This document shows, piece by piece, positions 19,225 through 29,738 of a stretch of DNA of 64,000 nt. Below the pieces are notes generated by a model, which saw nothing but the letters and a program-made list of their open reading frames with translations, ran no database searches and was not told the DNA's origin. The stretch is from an uncultured cyanobacterium (GTDB taxonomy: Bacteria; Cyanobacteriota; Cyanobacteriia; Cyanobacteriales; Nostocaceae). Each line of letters opens with the position of its first letter. The first letter of the stretch is position 1. The stretch lies in assembly GCA_963706595.1 (NCBI GenBank), contig OY970166.1:832001-896000 (forward strand), in the 5' to 3' direction. The translations under genes were made by a program, and so were the position numbers.

Positions 19225-19697
19225 AAGGATCGTCTCAATGGCTCCAGGTAACAATAGATTACGGTCAGCTAATTAACTGTTGCTATTGTTCCCGTGATTC
19301 CAGATGAAATAACACGGTTGAGGTTTTCAGTAATTTTTCTTTAAGAAAACATACTGAAATTTTCCGACACTAATACCGAATTGTATCGGTTAAGCGTCTG
19401 AATTGAACCAATAGCTATTCAAATCTACATTTAGTCTTTAGATTACACACTACTTAGTGTGTATTTCCACGATGATAAATATTTATGATTACGTTGGTAA
19501 CTGGTATAAACATCGTCAGTAAAAAATATGTTTATCATTGGTATAGTCATATATACATGGGAGGAAAGTAATATCCTGATGATTTATGATTTTTTTTCTA
19601 GGGATGATTGAGGAATAACTACAAGTGACAGGTTGTCATAGATTAGCCAGTATATACTGAGAAAGACCCATTAAACTGCTCTGATGAAGTTTAATAG

Positions 19698-20642
19698 TTA
19701 GTTATACTCTGGCTTGGTATCTCTTACCATCAGTTCTAACAGTGCTTGTCGGGGTGTGACTTCACTGTGAAGCAAGCGGTAAACTTGCTCAGTAATCGGG
19801 ATCACAATATTGTGGTGCTTGGCTCGTTGTACTAACACTTGGCAAGTGTTGACACCTTCAGCTGTTCCGGGTAAGTTGTCCAGAATTTCTGGAAGTGTTT
19901 GACCAAGAGCCATCTGATAACCAACTTGGTAATTGCGACTCAGAGGACTGTTGCAAGTTGCTAACAAGTCTCCTAGACCTGATAAACCATAAAATGTTTC
20001 CGTTTTTGCACCCCAACTCTGGCCAATGCGAACCATTTCTGTGAGTCCACGGGTGACTAAGGCGGCTTTAGCATTGGTTCCCAGATGTAACCCATCACAT
20101 ACACCTGCTGCGATCGCCATAATATTTTTTAATGTCCCTCCTAGCTCTACACCTAGAGGATCAGGATTAGTATATACCCGAAACCGAGGCGAAGAAAATA
20201 CCAGTTGCACAAGTTCAGCCGCAGTACTATCATTGCTGGCTGCTACCGTTGCAGCTGGTAATGATTGTTGAATTTCTTTCGATAAATTTGGCCCCGATAA
20301 CACAACTACTGAATGATGTGGAAATGCTGTTTGCCAAATTTGCGACGGTGTACAGGTCGTTTTGGGATCTAAGCCTTTTGTGGCTGTGACAAAAATTGTT
20401 TTTGGGGAAAGGGGGAATGATTTGACTTGAGAGACGACATCACTCACCCCTTTCATGGCGATCGCCGATAAAATAATTTGGGCATCTTGTAGAACTGCTT
20501 CCAGATTTGCTGTTCCTCTACGTGACCACACACGCACCTGATGGCCGTTTGCACTCGCCAAATCTGCTAAAGCCATACCCCACGCACCTGCACCCAGAAT
20601 CGCTATGGTAGTTTTTTGCACCGCTATCATTACCATTTCCAA
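19698..20642 (-). CDS. gpsA: NAD(P)H-dependent glycerol-3-phosphate dehydrogenase
   Basis: GAGAWG, LSGPNLS, GGTLKN, GLGDLLATC, SRNY. Confidence 0.95.
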   Translation of the reverse strand: MEMVMIAVQKTTIAILGAGAWGMALADLASANGHQVRVWSRRGTANLEAVLQDAQIILSAIAMKGVSDVVSQVKSFPLSPKTIFVTATKGLDPKTTCTPSQIWQTAFPHHSVVVLSGPNLSKEIQQSLPAATVAASNDSTAAELVQLVFSSPRFRVYTNPDPLGVELGGTLKNIMAIAAGVCDGLHLGTNAKAALVTRGLTEMVRIGQSWGAKTETFYGLSGLGDLLATCNSPLSRNYQVGYQMALGQTLPEILDNLPGTAEGVNTCQVLVQRAKHHNIVIPITEQVYRLLHSEVTPRQALLELMVRDTKPEYN

Positions 20643-20646
20643 CTAC

Positions 20647-21549
20647 TTAAATCTCAGACGCGAGCAATTGCGTCTCTACCTGACGGGGGTAGCGTTGCAT
20701 TAATTCCCTGACTTGCTCTGCATGATATGAGCTTCTTGTCAAGGGTGAGGAAACAACTTGTAAAAATCCGATTTCCGTACCGAATACCTGCCAAGCTGCA
20801 AATTGTTCGGGGGTAATAAAGTCATTAACTTGCAAGTGTTTTTGACTGGGTTGGAGGTACTGCCCAATGGTCAAAATGTCACAATCTACAGAGCGTAAGT
20901 CTTGCATAGCTTGGCGAATTTCGGTATCAGTTTCACCTAGTCCGACCATGATACCGGATTTAGTGTATACCCAAGGGGCAATTTGGCGAGAGCGTTGCAA
21001 TAATTCCAAAGTGCGCGCATAGTTTCCTTGGGGACGCACCCGACGATACAAGCGCTCAATTGTTTCTGTATTATGGTTAAGTACCTCTGGCGCAGCTTGT
21101 AAAATTATTTCTAAAGCATTCCAATTACCGCACAAATCAGGAATCAGCACCTCAATTGTGGTTTGAGGCGAGACACTCCGCACGGCTGCAATACACCGGA
21201 CAAACTGAGAAGCCCCACCATCAGGTAAATCATCCCGGTTTACAGAAGTAATCACCACATGATTAAGTTTCATCCGGCGCACAGCCTCAGCCAGTCGTGC
21301 TGGTTCTGTAGGGTCTAGGGGTTGGGGTTTTTTCTCAAAATCAATATCACAGTAAGGACAAGCACGAGTACAAGCAGGCCCCATAATCAAAAATGTGGCA
21401 GTACCGGCTTGAAAGCACTCACCAATATTCGGACAGGAAGCTTCCTCGCAAACTGTATTGAGTGCTAAATCCCGCAAAATTTCTTTGACGTTACCAACGC
21501 GCTCCCACTGAGGCGCTTTTACTCGCAACCAGTCTGGTTTAACAGTCAC
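20647..21549 (-). CDS. lipA: Lipoyl synthase
   Basis: [12 protein letters not shown], radical [17 protein letters not shown]. Confidence 0.95.
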   Translation of the reverse strand: MTVKPDWLRVKAPQWERVGNVKEILRDLALNTVCEEASCPNIGECFQAGTATFLIMGPACTRACPYCDIDFEKKPQPLDPTEPARLAEAVRRMKLNHVVITSVNRDDLPDGGASQFVRCIAAVRSVSPQTTIEVLIPDLCGNWNALEIILQAAPEVLNHNTETIERLYRRVRPQGNYARTLELLQRSRQIAPWVYTKSGIMVGLGETDTEIRQAMQDLRSVDCDILTIGQYLQPSQKHLQVNDFITPEQFAAWQVFGTEIGFLQVVSSPLTRSSYHAEQVRELMQRYPRQVETQLLASEI

Positions 21550-21664
21550 AATCTACTTTTATGAAGTTATACAAATCTCATCCTAGCAAGCAAAGCTCTA
21601 AATAATCAGCACATTTTGATATTTTATGATTGCTTATGATATAATCAGATGGTATTTATTGTGG

Positions 21665-21738
21665 CGGGATGTGGCGCAGCTTGGTAGCGCACTTCGTTCG
21701 GGACGAAGGGGCCGCTGGTTCGAATCCAGTCATCCCGA
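21665..21738 (+). tRNA. tRNA-Pro(CGG)
   Basis: Acceptor CGGGATG/CATCCCG, anticodon arm CTTCG-TTCGGGA-CGAAG, T-loop GGTTCGAATCC; CCA not encoded. Confidence 0.97.
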
Positions 21739-21827
21739 TTTTTTGTTGTTGGTTTACCTGAAGCAATAGTTCATTAACCCTATTGTATTACTCTCGTCAG
21801 ATAAAAATTAGTACCCGTTATTTTAAG

Positions 21828-21950
21828 GACTTTGATGAATTTTGACGTAGGTTGGGTTGAACAAAATGAAACCCAACACCAAGAAGACCTGGTTTAGTTG
21901 GGCAAAGCATTATCTCAACCCAAGCGATTGCTTTTTCTTTCATCAGAGTC
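21828..21950. repeat. MITE-like shell containing paired GTAG-type REP hairpins
   Basis: TIRs GACTTTGATGAA / TTCATCAGAGTC around GTAGGTTGGGTTGA...AACCCAAC and GTTGGG...TCAACCCAA. Confidence 0.55.
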
Positions 21951-22121
21951 ATAAAAGAGCGTTAATTAGTGGCGTATTTTTCTCTTCCATCAACTGCCAT
22001 AATTGTTGAAGGGTAGATTTACTTGCTACGAAAGGACACTGAATAGTAATTTTGCTGATTGCCTTATACTGGCTAATTTTGCTAAGTATTATACATTACA
22101 TTTATAACTTGAGAGCCTACA

Positions 22122-23222
22122 ATGAATTATTCAAATAATGAAATGAAATTTATCGCTTTAAGCCATTTTCAATCAAGAATATTTATATTATTAAAAATAA
22201 TAATTAATAAACAATATTATAAGTCTGAAAATAAAAAGAAATTTTTCAAAAACCTATTAGGAAACATACAAACTATTTCGAGTGAAATTAATGACGAACA
22301 TAATAATATAATTGAATTACAGTATAAGTATAATGATTTATCATTTAATTTAATAATAAATATTATAGATAATTTGTTAAATTGTATTACGCAAGATTCA
22401 GAATTTGTCATTGAAAAATATTTGATAGCAGCATCACATTTTGAAAGTACACAAGTAAATGTTGCATTACTAAATAATTTCATAAAAGAAGATGAAATTT
22501 TAGAATTTTATCAAAATAAAATATCAGAAATTTATAAAGAACTTGAGAAGATGAATGATTCAATTGATTCTAATGTTACTATAACTATTGAAAATTCAAT
22601 TTCCCCTATATGGATTCTACCAACTTCAACTTTTGAATGCACAAATATTGTGCAAATTCTCAATGATGGGTGTGAAGAAAGTCTAACAGTAAATGAAATT
22701 TTTATGAATAGATTAATGGTGTCATCCAGGATTGAAGAAACTTTAAATAGTTGGATAAGTAAAAATAATAGCAAGGTAAAAAAAAGAATTTTTATATTAA
22801 AGGAAGCTGTTACAGCCCATTTAGAAGAAAAATATTATTTAAGCGTATCTGCATTAATACCACAAATAGAAGGATTATTAAAAGATGCAATAGATGAGGC
22901 TAATATTACAGGAGTTAACTTGGAGTCGCTAAAGGAAGGATGTATCAAAAATGCAGCAGATAAGTTAGCAATAGAATGGAAAAAACGAACGAAAACAATA
23001 CAGAGAAATTTAGTGGATTTACTCAGTGAAAATTTTCCAAAGGTAATTGCTGATCTATATAAAGACTATAATTCAGAAGATGATCAGGAAAATAAACTTA
23101 ATCGTCATGGAATATGCCACGGGTTACAAACAAATTTTGGTATTGCCACAAGTTCTTTACGTTTAATTTTAATAATTGATAGAATCATCTTCTTTATGGC
23201 CGATGATGAAAATAATAAGTAA
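22122..23222 (+). CDS. AT-rich protein with C-terminal HEPN-like domain
   Basis: YYLSVSALIPQIEGLL helix and NRHGICHG (Rx4H) motif; much more AT-rich than the flanking genes. Confidence 0.6.
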   Translation: MNYSNNEMKFIALSHFQSRIFILLKIIINKQYYKSENKKKFFKNLLGNIQTISSEINDEHNNIIELQYKYNDLSFNLIINIIDNLLNCITQDSEFVIEKYLIAASHFESTQVNVALLNNFIKEDEILEFYQNKISEIYKELEKMNDSIDSNVTITIENSISPIWILPTSTFECTNIVQILNDGCEESLTVNEIFMNRLMVSSRIEETLNSWISKNNSKVKKRIFILKEAVTAHLEEKYYLSVSALIPQIEGLLKDAIDEANITGVNLESLKEGCIKNAADKLAIEWKKRTKTIQRNLVDLLSENFPKVIADLYKDYNSEDDQENKLNRHGICHGLQTNFGIATSSLRLILIIDRIIFFMADDENNK

Positions 23223-23411
23223 TTATAGATACCAATGAAGCGAAAAAATAGATTTAACCAACCATTGAAACGCCTGATCGCTGGCTAAATTGGGCTGCTA
23301 ATGAAAATTTTACAGGCGATCAAAATGTCTGGCAAGGTGTTATTGATGTTTCATCGCTGACCCATAACACTGAAGAATGCACTCAATGTAGGGGTAGTTT
23401 GCAGTGCATTG

Positions 23412-23578
23412 GTGTCAACTTAAGCCCCGGCGACTGGAAGTCGCGGCTACACAAACAAAGTCCGCCTGCGCGGACTCAGGAAAAATCGAGGATCTGAAAC
23501 CCACGGAGGTGGGTTTTGCCTGTGTAGATGCGGTTTTTAACCGCCGATTTAATCTTAAGTTGACACTTAAGTTGACAC
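23412..23578. mobile_element. MITE with nested palindromic repeat and duplicated right end
   Basis: GTGTCAACTTAAG (23412) and CTTAAGTTGACAC twice (23554, 23566); inner GGCGACTGGAAGTCGCGGCTAC... module recurs at ~62596. Confidence 0.75.
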
Positions 23579-24869
23579 GTATGTTCGCAGTGACGCAAAT
23601 CACGGCTAAAAAAATTCGTAGCACTTAGAATAGGCATTGTTATCTTTTAAACATAAGAGTAATCAAACTTAATCAAGCTTGGTAAATTTATGACTGTGAG
23701 CGATGATCGCTTAACAGAAAATTCTTCAGGTAGCACATAGCTAATTACTATGCCTTTAGACTGATTAAGAGTGCTAGAACCCTCATTTTTACGTTAATTT
23801 TCCAAAAATACTGGTTCAATGATTTACAAATATTATGATTTGTATTAGAGTTATGTTATGTTTTGTATAGTGCTTCTAAGTTACTGACCAACAAATTATT
23901 TGTTGGTTTAAGCTCAAACAGCTTAAATTAATACTAGAAAGCCAATTCAAGCGGATTTGGTATTTTTAACACAAAACCGATTCTTAAAAAACTTATAGTT
24001 TCGTTACAATAACCTCAGATATCTTGAAATCCTGAATTCTCAGGAACTACTCAGGTAGTTATTTTGAATACTGAGCAGTAACTAAACGAAGTAAAACAGT
24101 AATTATACTGTTACCGTCCATAGAATCGTAGTCAATCATCTTGGTCTTGAGCCATGTTATGTTTTCACAGTCATGCTAAAAAACAGCTTTCTGAGGATTG
24201 ATCACGGCGATAATTTTAAATATCAGTAGTTGAGAAACATAGGAGTTTCGCCAATTTCAACGATGGGAAAGTTGCTAGAGTCAAACATAGTGGAATTAAT
24301 TAAAATCACGGGAAACTTCCCAAATGTCCACTGTCATTCTCAGCCAAATAGAATGTAGCGAGTTTAGCAATATAAGGTTTAATAGTCATGGTTAGAAACA
24401 GCGAATTAAGAGTTAATCAGGGTTCTCACCTCAAATTAAAGATTGGAGATAAACGATACGAACAGTTCTCCAGGATAGGATTTTTACGAAATCTCACAGT
24501 GGGAAAACCACTAAAATAATACATAGTGGAATACATCCAAATTCAGATGAATCTTGATAAACTATAGCCAAGAACCCCGAAAGCGGGAATACAAGTAATT
24601 GGCAGAATATTACTACTAGGAATATTTGAATAGTTTAAGAAAGCATCTGGAATTAGAGGTGAACCCACCTACAGAATTTTCTCAAATGAATGGTGTTATT
24701 TAATAACATTGCTAGTTAGGAATAAAATTCAGCTTTTGTTTTGAAAGCCTGTTTTGTTGTGCCTTGAATCTCTACGGATAAAGAGCATAATTTTCTACTG
24801 GCTGGTATCAGGATAAGCGGTGATTAATACCGTTAGCTCACAATTTTTTTACTGGGAATAAGGTGAATC

Positions 24870-26099
24870 ATGAATAAAGTGCAAGCATCCTTTGAAGCTA
24901 CAGAAACCGCATTTCACGTCGAAGGTTACGAAAAAATAGATTTTAGTCTTGTTTATGTGAACGGGGCTTTTGATGTCAAAAACCGCGAAATTGCCGATAG
25001 TTACGCGAAATTTGGTCGCTGTCTAACTGTGATTGATGCCAATGTTTATGAACTTTATGGTAAGCAAATCAGGTCATATTTTAAGCACTATGATATTGAT
25101 TTGACAGTATTTCCCATCATCATTTCTGAGACAGATAAAAGCCTGAGCAGTTTTGAAAAAATTGTTGATGCTTTTTCCGACTTTGGCTTAGTTCGCAAAG
25201 AACCAGTTTTAGTCGTCGGTGGTGGTTTAGTTACTGATGTGGCTGGGTTTGCTTGCGCTGCTTACCGTCGCAAGAGCAATTACATTCGCGTTCCCACAAC
25301 CTTGATTGGTTTAATTGATGCAGGTGTAGCAATTAAGGTCGCAGTTAATCATCGTAAGTTGAAAAATCGCTTGGGAGCATATCATGCACCTTTGAAAGTG
25401 ATTCTGGATTTCTCATTTTTGCAGACTTTGCCAACTTCTCAAGTTCGCAATGGTATGGCAGAGTTAGTAAAAATCGCTGTAGTGTCTAATTCACAAGTGT
25501 TTGAACTGCTATACGAATATGGCGAACAACTGCTTGCGACTCATTTTGGACAGGTGAATGGGACACCGGAAATCAAAGAAATTGCTCATACAGTCAACTA
25601 CGAAGCCATCAAAACCATGCTGGAGTTAGAGACTCCTAATTTGCATGAGTTAGACTTGGATCGAGTGATTGCTTATGGACACAGTTGGAGTCCGACTTTA
25701 GAATTAGCACCTCGTGTACCCCTGTATCATGGTCATGCGGTGAATATAGATATGGCTTTGTCTGCAACCATTGCGGCTAAACGGGGTTATATTCCGACTG
25801 GAGAGCGCGATCGCATTCTAGAATTAATGAATCGTATCGGCTTATCTCTGGATCATCCTCTACTAGATGGCGATTTACTTTGGGATGCTACCGAGTCTAT
25901 TAGTTTAACACGAGATGGCAAACAACGCGCCGCTATGCCTCGTCCCATTGGTGAGTGCTTCTTTGTCAATGATTTGACCCGTGAAGAACTTGATGCGGCT
26001 TTAGCTGAACACAAAAATCTTTGTGCTAAATACCCTCGTGGTGGCGCAGGCGTTGACGCATACATTGACAGTCAAGCAGCCAAGCTATTGGGAGTGTAA
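24870..26099 (+). CDS. mysA: Demethyl-4-deoxygadusol synthase (sedoheptulose-7-P cyclase), MAA biosynthesis
   Basis: DHQS-like [48 protein letters not shown]; first gene of the cluster. Confidence 0.95.
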   Translation: MNKVQASFEATETAFHVEGYEKIDFSLVYVNGAFDVKNREIADSYAKFGRCLTVIDANVYELYGKQIRSYFKHYDIDLTVFPIIISETDKSLSSFEKIVDAFSDFGLVRKEPVLVVGGGLVTDVAGFACAAYRRKSNYIRVPTTLIGLIDAGVAIKVAVNHRKLKNRLGAYHAPLKVILDFSFLQTLPTSQVRNGMAELVKIAVVSNSQVFELLYEYGEQLLATHFGQVNGTPEIKEIAHTVNYEAIKTMLELETPNLHELDLDRVIAYGHSWSPTLELAPRVPLYHGHAVNIDMALSATIAAKRGYIPTGERDRILELMNRIGLSLDHPLLDGDLLWDATESISLTRDGKQRAAMPRPIGECFFVNDLTREELDAALAEHKNLCAKYPRGGAGVDAYIDSQAAKLLGV

Positions 26100-26103
26100 A
26101 GAT

Positions 26104-26937
26104 ATGACCAGTCTTTTAGGAAAAGAAACAGCTAGACCAATCACGCCACACAGCATTTTAGTAGCCCAGCTACAGAAAACTCTCAAATTAGCCCAAGAGG
26201 GTAACATTTCCCCAGAAATCTTAGAATCTCTGCGCCAGGGAGTGGAATTAGCCGCAGGTTTAGATCCCTATTTGGATGATTACACTACCCCGGAATCGAG
26301 CGCATTAAAAGCATTGGCGCAAAAAACCAGTCAAGAAGACTGGGGAAAACGCTTTAGTAATCAAGAAACGGTGCGTCAACTAGAGCAAGAAATGCTCTCA
26401 GGACATCTGGAAGGACAGACATTAAAAATGTTTGTTCGCATGACCAAAGCCAAGCGCATTCTGGAAGTGGGAATGTTCACAGGATATTCAGCTTTGGCTA
26501 TGGCAGAAGCACTGCCTAGTGATGGGGTACTAATAGGTTGTGAAGTAGACCCCTATGTGGCTCAATTTGCTCAGGATTGCTTTAATGAGTCTCCTCACGG
26601 CAAAAAAATCATTGTCGAGGTTGCACCAGCCTTAGAGACAATTCACAAGTTAGCAGCCGAAAAAGAATCTTTTGATTTGATTTTCATCGATGCTGATAAA
26701 AAGGAGTATGTCGAATACTTCCAGATGATTTTAGAGCATCAGTTACTGACTCCCGACGGGTTAATCTGCGTGGATAATACTTTGCTGCAAGGACAAGTAT
26801 ACCTCCCCGCCGAACAACGTACCGCCAACGGTGAAGCGATCGCCCAATTCAATCGTGTTGTCGCCGCAGATCCTCGTGTGGAACAAGTTTTGTTACCCAT
26901 TCGAGATGGTGTCACCCTAATTAGACGCGTCGCGTAA
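26104..26937 (+). CDS. mysB: O-methyltransferase, MAA biosynthesis
   Basis: ARPITPHSIL, EVGMFTGYSAL, FIDADK; ATG 26104, 4 nt after the mysA stop. Confidence 0.95.
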   Translation: MTSLLGKETARPITPHSILVAQLQKTLKLAQEGNISPEILESLRQGVELAAGLDPYLDDYTTPESSALKALAQKTSQEDWGKRFSNQETVRQLEQEMLSGHLEGQTLKMFVRMTKAKRILEVGMFTGYSALAMAEALPSDGVLIGCEVDPYVAQFAQDCFNESPHGKKIIVEVAPALETIHKLAAEKESFDLIFIDADKKEYVEYFQMILEHQLLTPDGLICVDNTLLQGQVYLPAEQRTANGEAIAQFNRVVAADPRVEQVLLPIRDGVTLIRRVA

Positions 26938-26984
26938 TCAAGGGATGAGGGAGATAAATTTGCTCCCTTCTCTCCCCCTGTAAG

Positions 26985-27078
26985 AACAGTTAACAGTTAT
27001 CACACCGATATAGTGGGGGATTTAGACCCAATTATGTCTCTTAATTGGTAACTGTTAACTGATAACTGATAACTGACA
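26985..27078. repeat. AACAGTT/AACTG(A/T)T-armed hairpin repeat
   Basis: Related copies at 28486-28555 and 48537-48640 (reverse). Confidence 0.65.
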
Positions 27079-27085
27079 AAGACTT

Positions 27086-28483
27086 ATGGCACAATCAATT
27101 TCTTTATCTTTGGGGAAATCTCCCACTTCTTCAACGGGTGTTTGGGTAAAGTTAGTGACTTTATTCCAGACTCTCGGTACTTTGACATTATTACTCATAG
27201 CTTTGCCGTTTAATGCTTTAATAGTATTGATATCTTTGCTGTGGGGTTTTGTGCGATCGCCTTTTAAACAAAAAGCTGTGGTCGCATATCATCCTCAGAC
27301 TATCTTGGTAAGTGGAGCCAAGATGACCAAAGCATTGCAATTGGCTCGTTGTTTTCACGCAGATGGACACCGAGTTATTTTAATTGAAGGTCACAAATAT
27401 TGGTTATCTGGGCATCGATTCTCTAAAGCAGTCAGTGGTTTTTATACAGTTCCTGCTCCGCAATTAGACCCAGAAGGCTATATCCAGGCGCTGATAGAAA
27501 TCGTGAAAAAAGAGCAGGTTGACGTTTATGTACCTGTATGCAGTCCTGTAGCTAGTTACTACGACTCTTTAGCAAAACCGGCATTATCGGAATACTGCGA
27601 AGTTTTCCACTTTGATGCAGATATTACCAAGATGTTGGATGATAAATTTGCTTTTACTGAGCAGGCGCGATCGCTTGGTTTATCTGTCCCCAAATCCTTT
27701 AAAATCACAGATGCTCAACAAGTGATAAATTTTGATTTTAGTCAAGAAACCCATAAATATATCTTAAAAAATATTGCTTACGATTCCGTTCGCCGCTTAA
27801 ACTTAACCAAACTTCCCTGCGACACCCCAGAACAAACAGCAGCCTTTGTCAACAGTTTACCCATCAGCGAAGCAAACCCTTGGATTATGCAAGAGTTTAT
27901 TCCTGGGAAGGAGTTATGCACACATAGCACAGTGCGAGACGGAGAATTAAGATTGCATTGCTGTTCAGACTCATCAGCATTTCAAATCAACTATGAAAAC
28001 GTAGAAAATACCCAAATTCGGGAATGGGTGCAACACTTCGTTAAAAGTTTAGCACTAACTGGGCAAATTTCCTTCGACTTTATTCAAGCCGAATCCGGGA
28101 CAGTGTACGCCATTGAATGCAATCCCCGTACCCATTCAGCCATCACCATGTTCTACAATCATCCTGGTGTAGCAGAAGCCTATCTAAGTAAAACTCCCCT
28201 AGATGCACCCTTAGAACCCCTAACAAACAGCAAACCTACCTACTGGATATATCACGAAATCTGGAGATTAACAGGTATCCGTTCCTGGAAACAATTGCAA
28301 ACATCAGTAAATACCCTCTTGCGAGGCACAGATGCTATTTTCCAGCTTGATGACCCCGTACCATTCCTTACCCTACATCACTGGCAGATTCCCCTACTAC
28401 TGCTAAAAAACCTGCAAAAACTCACAGGCTGGGTAAAAATAGACTTCAACATCGGTAAACTCGTAGAACTAGACGGCGACTAA
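27086..28483 (+). CDS. mysC: ATP-grasp ligase (mycosporine-glycine synthase)
   Basis: SGAKMTKALQLAR, QEFIPG, IECNPRTHSA, KIDFNIGKLVE. Confidence 0.95.
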   Translation: MAQSISLSLGKSPTSSTGVWVKLVTLFQTLGTLTLLLIALPFNALIVLISLLWGFVRSPFKQKAVVAYHPQTILVSGAKMTKALQLARCFHADGHRVILIEGHKYWLSGHRFSKAVSGFYTVPAPQLDPEGYIQALIEIVKKEQVDVYVPVCSPVASYYDSLAKPALSEYCEVFHFDADITKMLDDKFAFTEQARSLGLSVPKSFKITDAQQVINFDFSQETHKYILKNIAYDSVRRLNLTKLPCDTPEQTAAFVNSLPISEANPWIMQEFIPGKELCTHSTVRDGELRLHCCSDSSAFQINYENVENTQIREWVQHFVKSLALTGQISFDFIQAESGTVYAIECNPRTHSAITMFYNHPGVAEAYLSKTPLDAPLEPLTNSKPTYWIYHEIWRLTGIRSWKQLQTSVNTLLRGTDAIFQLDDPVPFLTLHHWQIPLLLLKNLQKLTGWVKIDFNIGKLVELDGD

Positions 28484-28625
28484 ATCAGTTAACAGTTAAC
28501 AGTTAACAGTTATCACGCCGATTTAATCAGAGGTTTCGACTCAATTAACTGTTAAAAAAACCTCTTCACCTCTTCACCTCTGCGCCTCTGCGCCTTTGCG
28601 TGACACTAATCCATATTAATAAACT

Positions 28626-29678
28626 ATGCCATTACTGAATATCCTGCACTTAGTCGGTTCCGCGCAAAACGAATTTTACTGTGATTTGTCACGCCTTTAC
28701 GCCCAAGATTGCTTGAATGCAACAGCAGAGCGATCGCGCTATAATTTTCAGATTGCATACATTACACCTGATGGCCAGTGGCGATTTCCCCCCTCCCTCA
28801 GTCGAGAAGATATCGCGGACACCAAACCGATTTCCCTCGTTGAAGCCATACAATTTATCACCGCGCAAAACATTGACCTCGTGTTACCACAAATGTTTTG
28901 TATTCCGGGAATGACTTATTACCGCGCCCTCTTCGACCTGCTCAAAATACCCTACGTAGGTAATACTGCGGACGTAATGGCAATAGCCAGCCACAAAGCC
29001 AGAACTAAAGCAATTGTCGCCGCCGCCGGGGTGAAAGTGCCTGAAGGAGAACTGCTTCGTCCTGGAGATGTGCCAACAATTACACCTCCAGTAGTCATCA
29101 AACCCGTAAGTTCTGATAACTCATTAGGGGTAGCTTTAGTTAAAGATGCGGCTGACTATGACGCTGCGTTAAAGACAGCATTTGAGTATGCAGATGAAGT
29201 GATTGTCGAAAAATTCATCGAACTCGGACGAGAAGTCAGATGTGGTATCATTGTCAAAGATGGGGACTTAGTGGGTTTACCCCTAGAAGAATATAAATTA
29301 GACCCTGACAAGAAACCTATCCGCAGTTATGCTGATAAACTCCAAAAAACCGATGATGGTGACTTGAATTTCAGCGCTAAGGATAACAAAAAGTCTTGGA
29401 TTGTAGACCCTAGCGACCCCATTACCCAAAGGGTTCAGGAAGTGGCGAAAAAATGTCATCAGGCTTTGGGTTGTCGCCACTACAGTTTATTTGATTTCCG
29501 CATCGACCCAGAGGGAGAACCTTGGTTTTTAGAAGCCGGTTTATATTGTTCTTTTGCTCCCAAAAGTGTAATTTCCTGTATGGCGAAAGCAGTAGAAATT
29601 CCTCTCAATGACTTATTCATGACCGTTATTCATGAAACCTTGAGCAATGAACCCAAAAAAAATTATGATAATTACTAA
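28626..29678 (+). CDS. mysD: D-Ala-D-Ala-ligase-like MAA ligase
   Basis: ILHLVGS...YCDLSRLYA, PQMFCIPGMT, DNSLG, FLEAGLYCSF; follows mysC. Confidence 0.93.
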   Translation: MPLLNILHLVGSAQNEFYCDLSRLYAQDCLNATAERSRYNFQIAYITPDGQWRFPPSLSREDIADTKPISLVEAIQFITAQNIDLVLPQMFCIPGMTYYRALFDLLKIPYVGNTADVMAIASHKARTKAIVAAAGVKVPEGELLRPGDVPTITPPVVIKPVSSDNSLGVALVKDAADYDAALKTAFEYADEVIVEKFIELGREVRCGIIVKDGDLVGLPLEEYKLDPDKKPIRSYADKLQKTDDGDLNFSAKDNKKSWIVDPSDPITQRVQEVAKKCHQALGCRHYSLFDFRIDPEGEPWFLEAGLYCSFAPKSVISCMAKAVEIPLNDLFMTVIHETLSNEPKKNYDNY

Positions 29679-29738
29679 AACTATTATTTGATCACGAATT
29701 AGAATAGTAGTCTATGACTATATGCCTAAACTAAAAAT

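Noticed and set aside
23260..23400. Possible gene fragment (ETPDRWLNWAANENFTGDQNVWQGVID)
   Set aside because: Looks protein-like but has no start codon and matches no family I recognise.
23404..23628. ORFs on both strands
   Set aside because: They lie almost entirely within a palindromic MITE.
21665..24000. Integrative element at tRNA-Pro
   Set aside because: No integrase and no duplicated tRNA 3' end seen.
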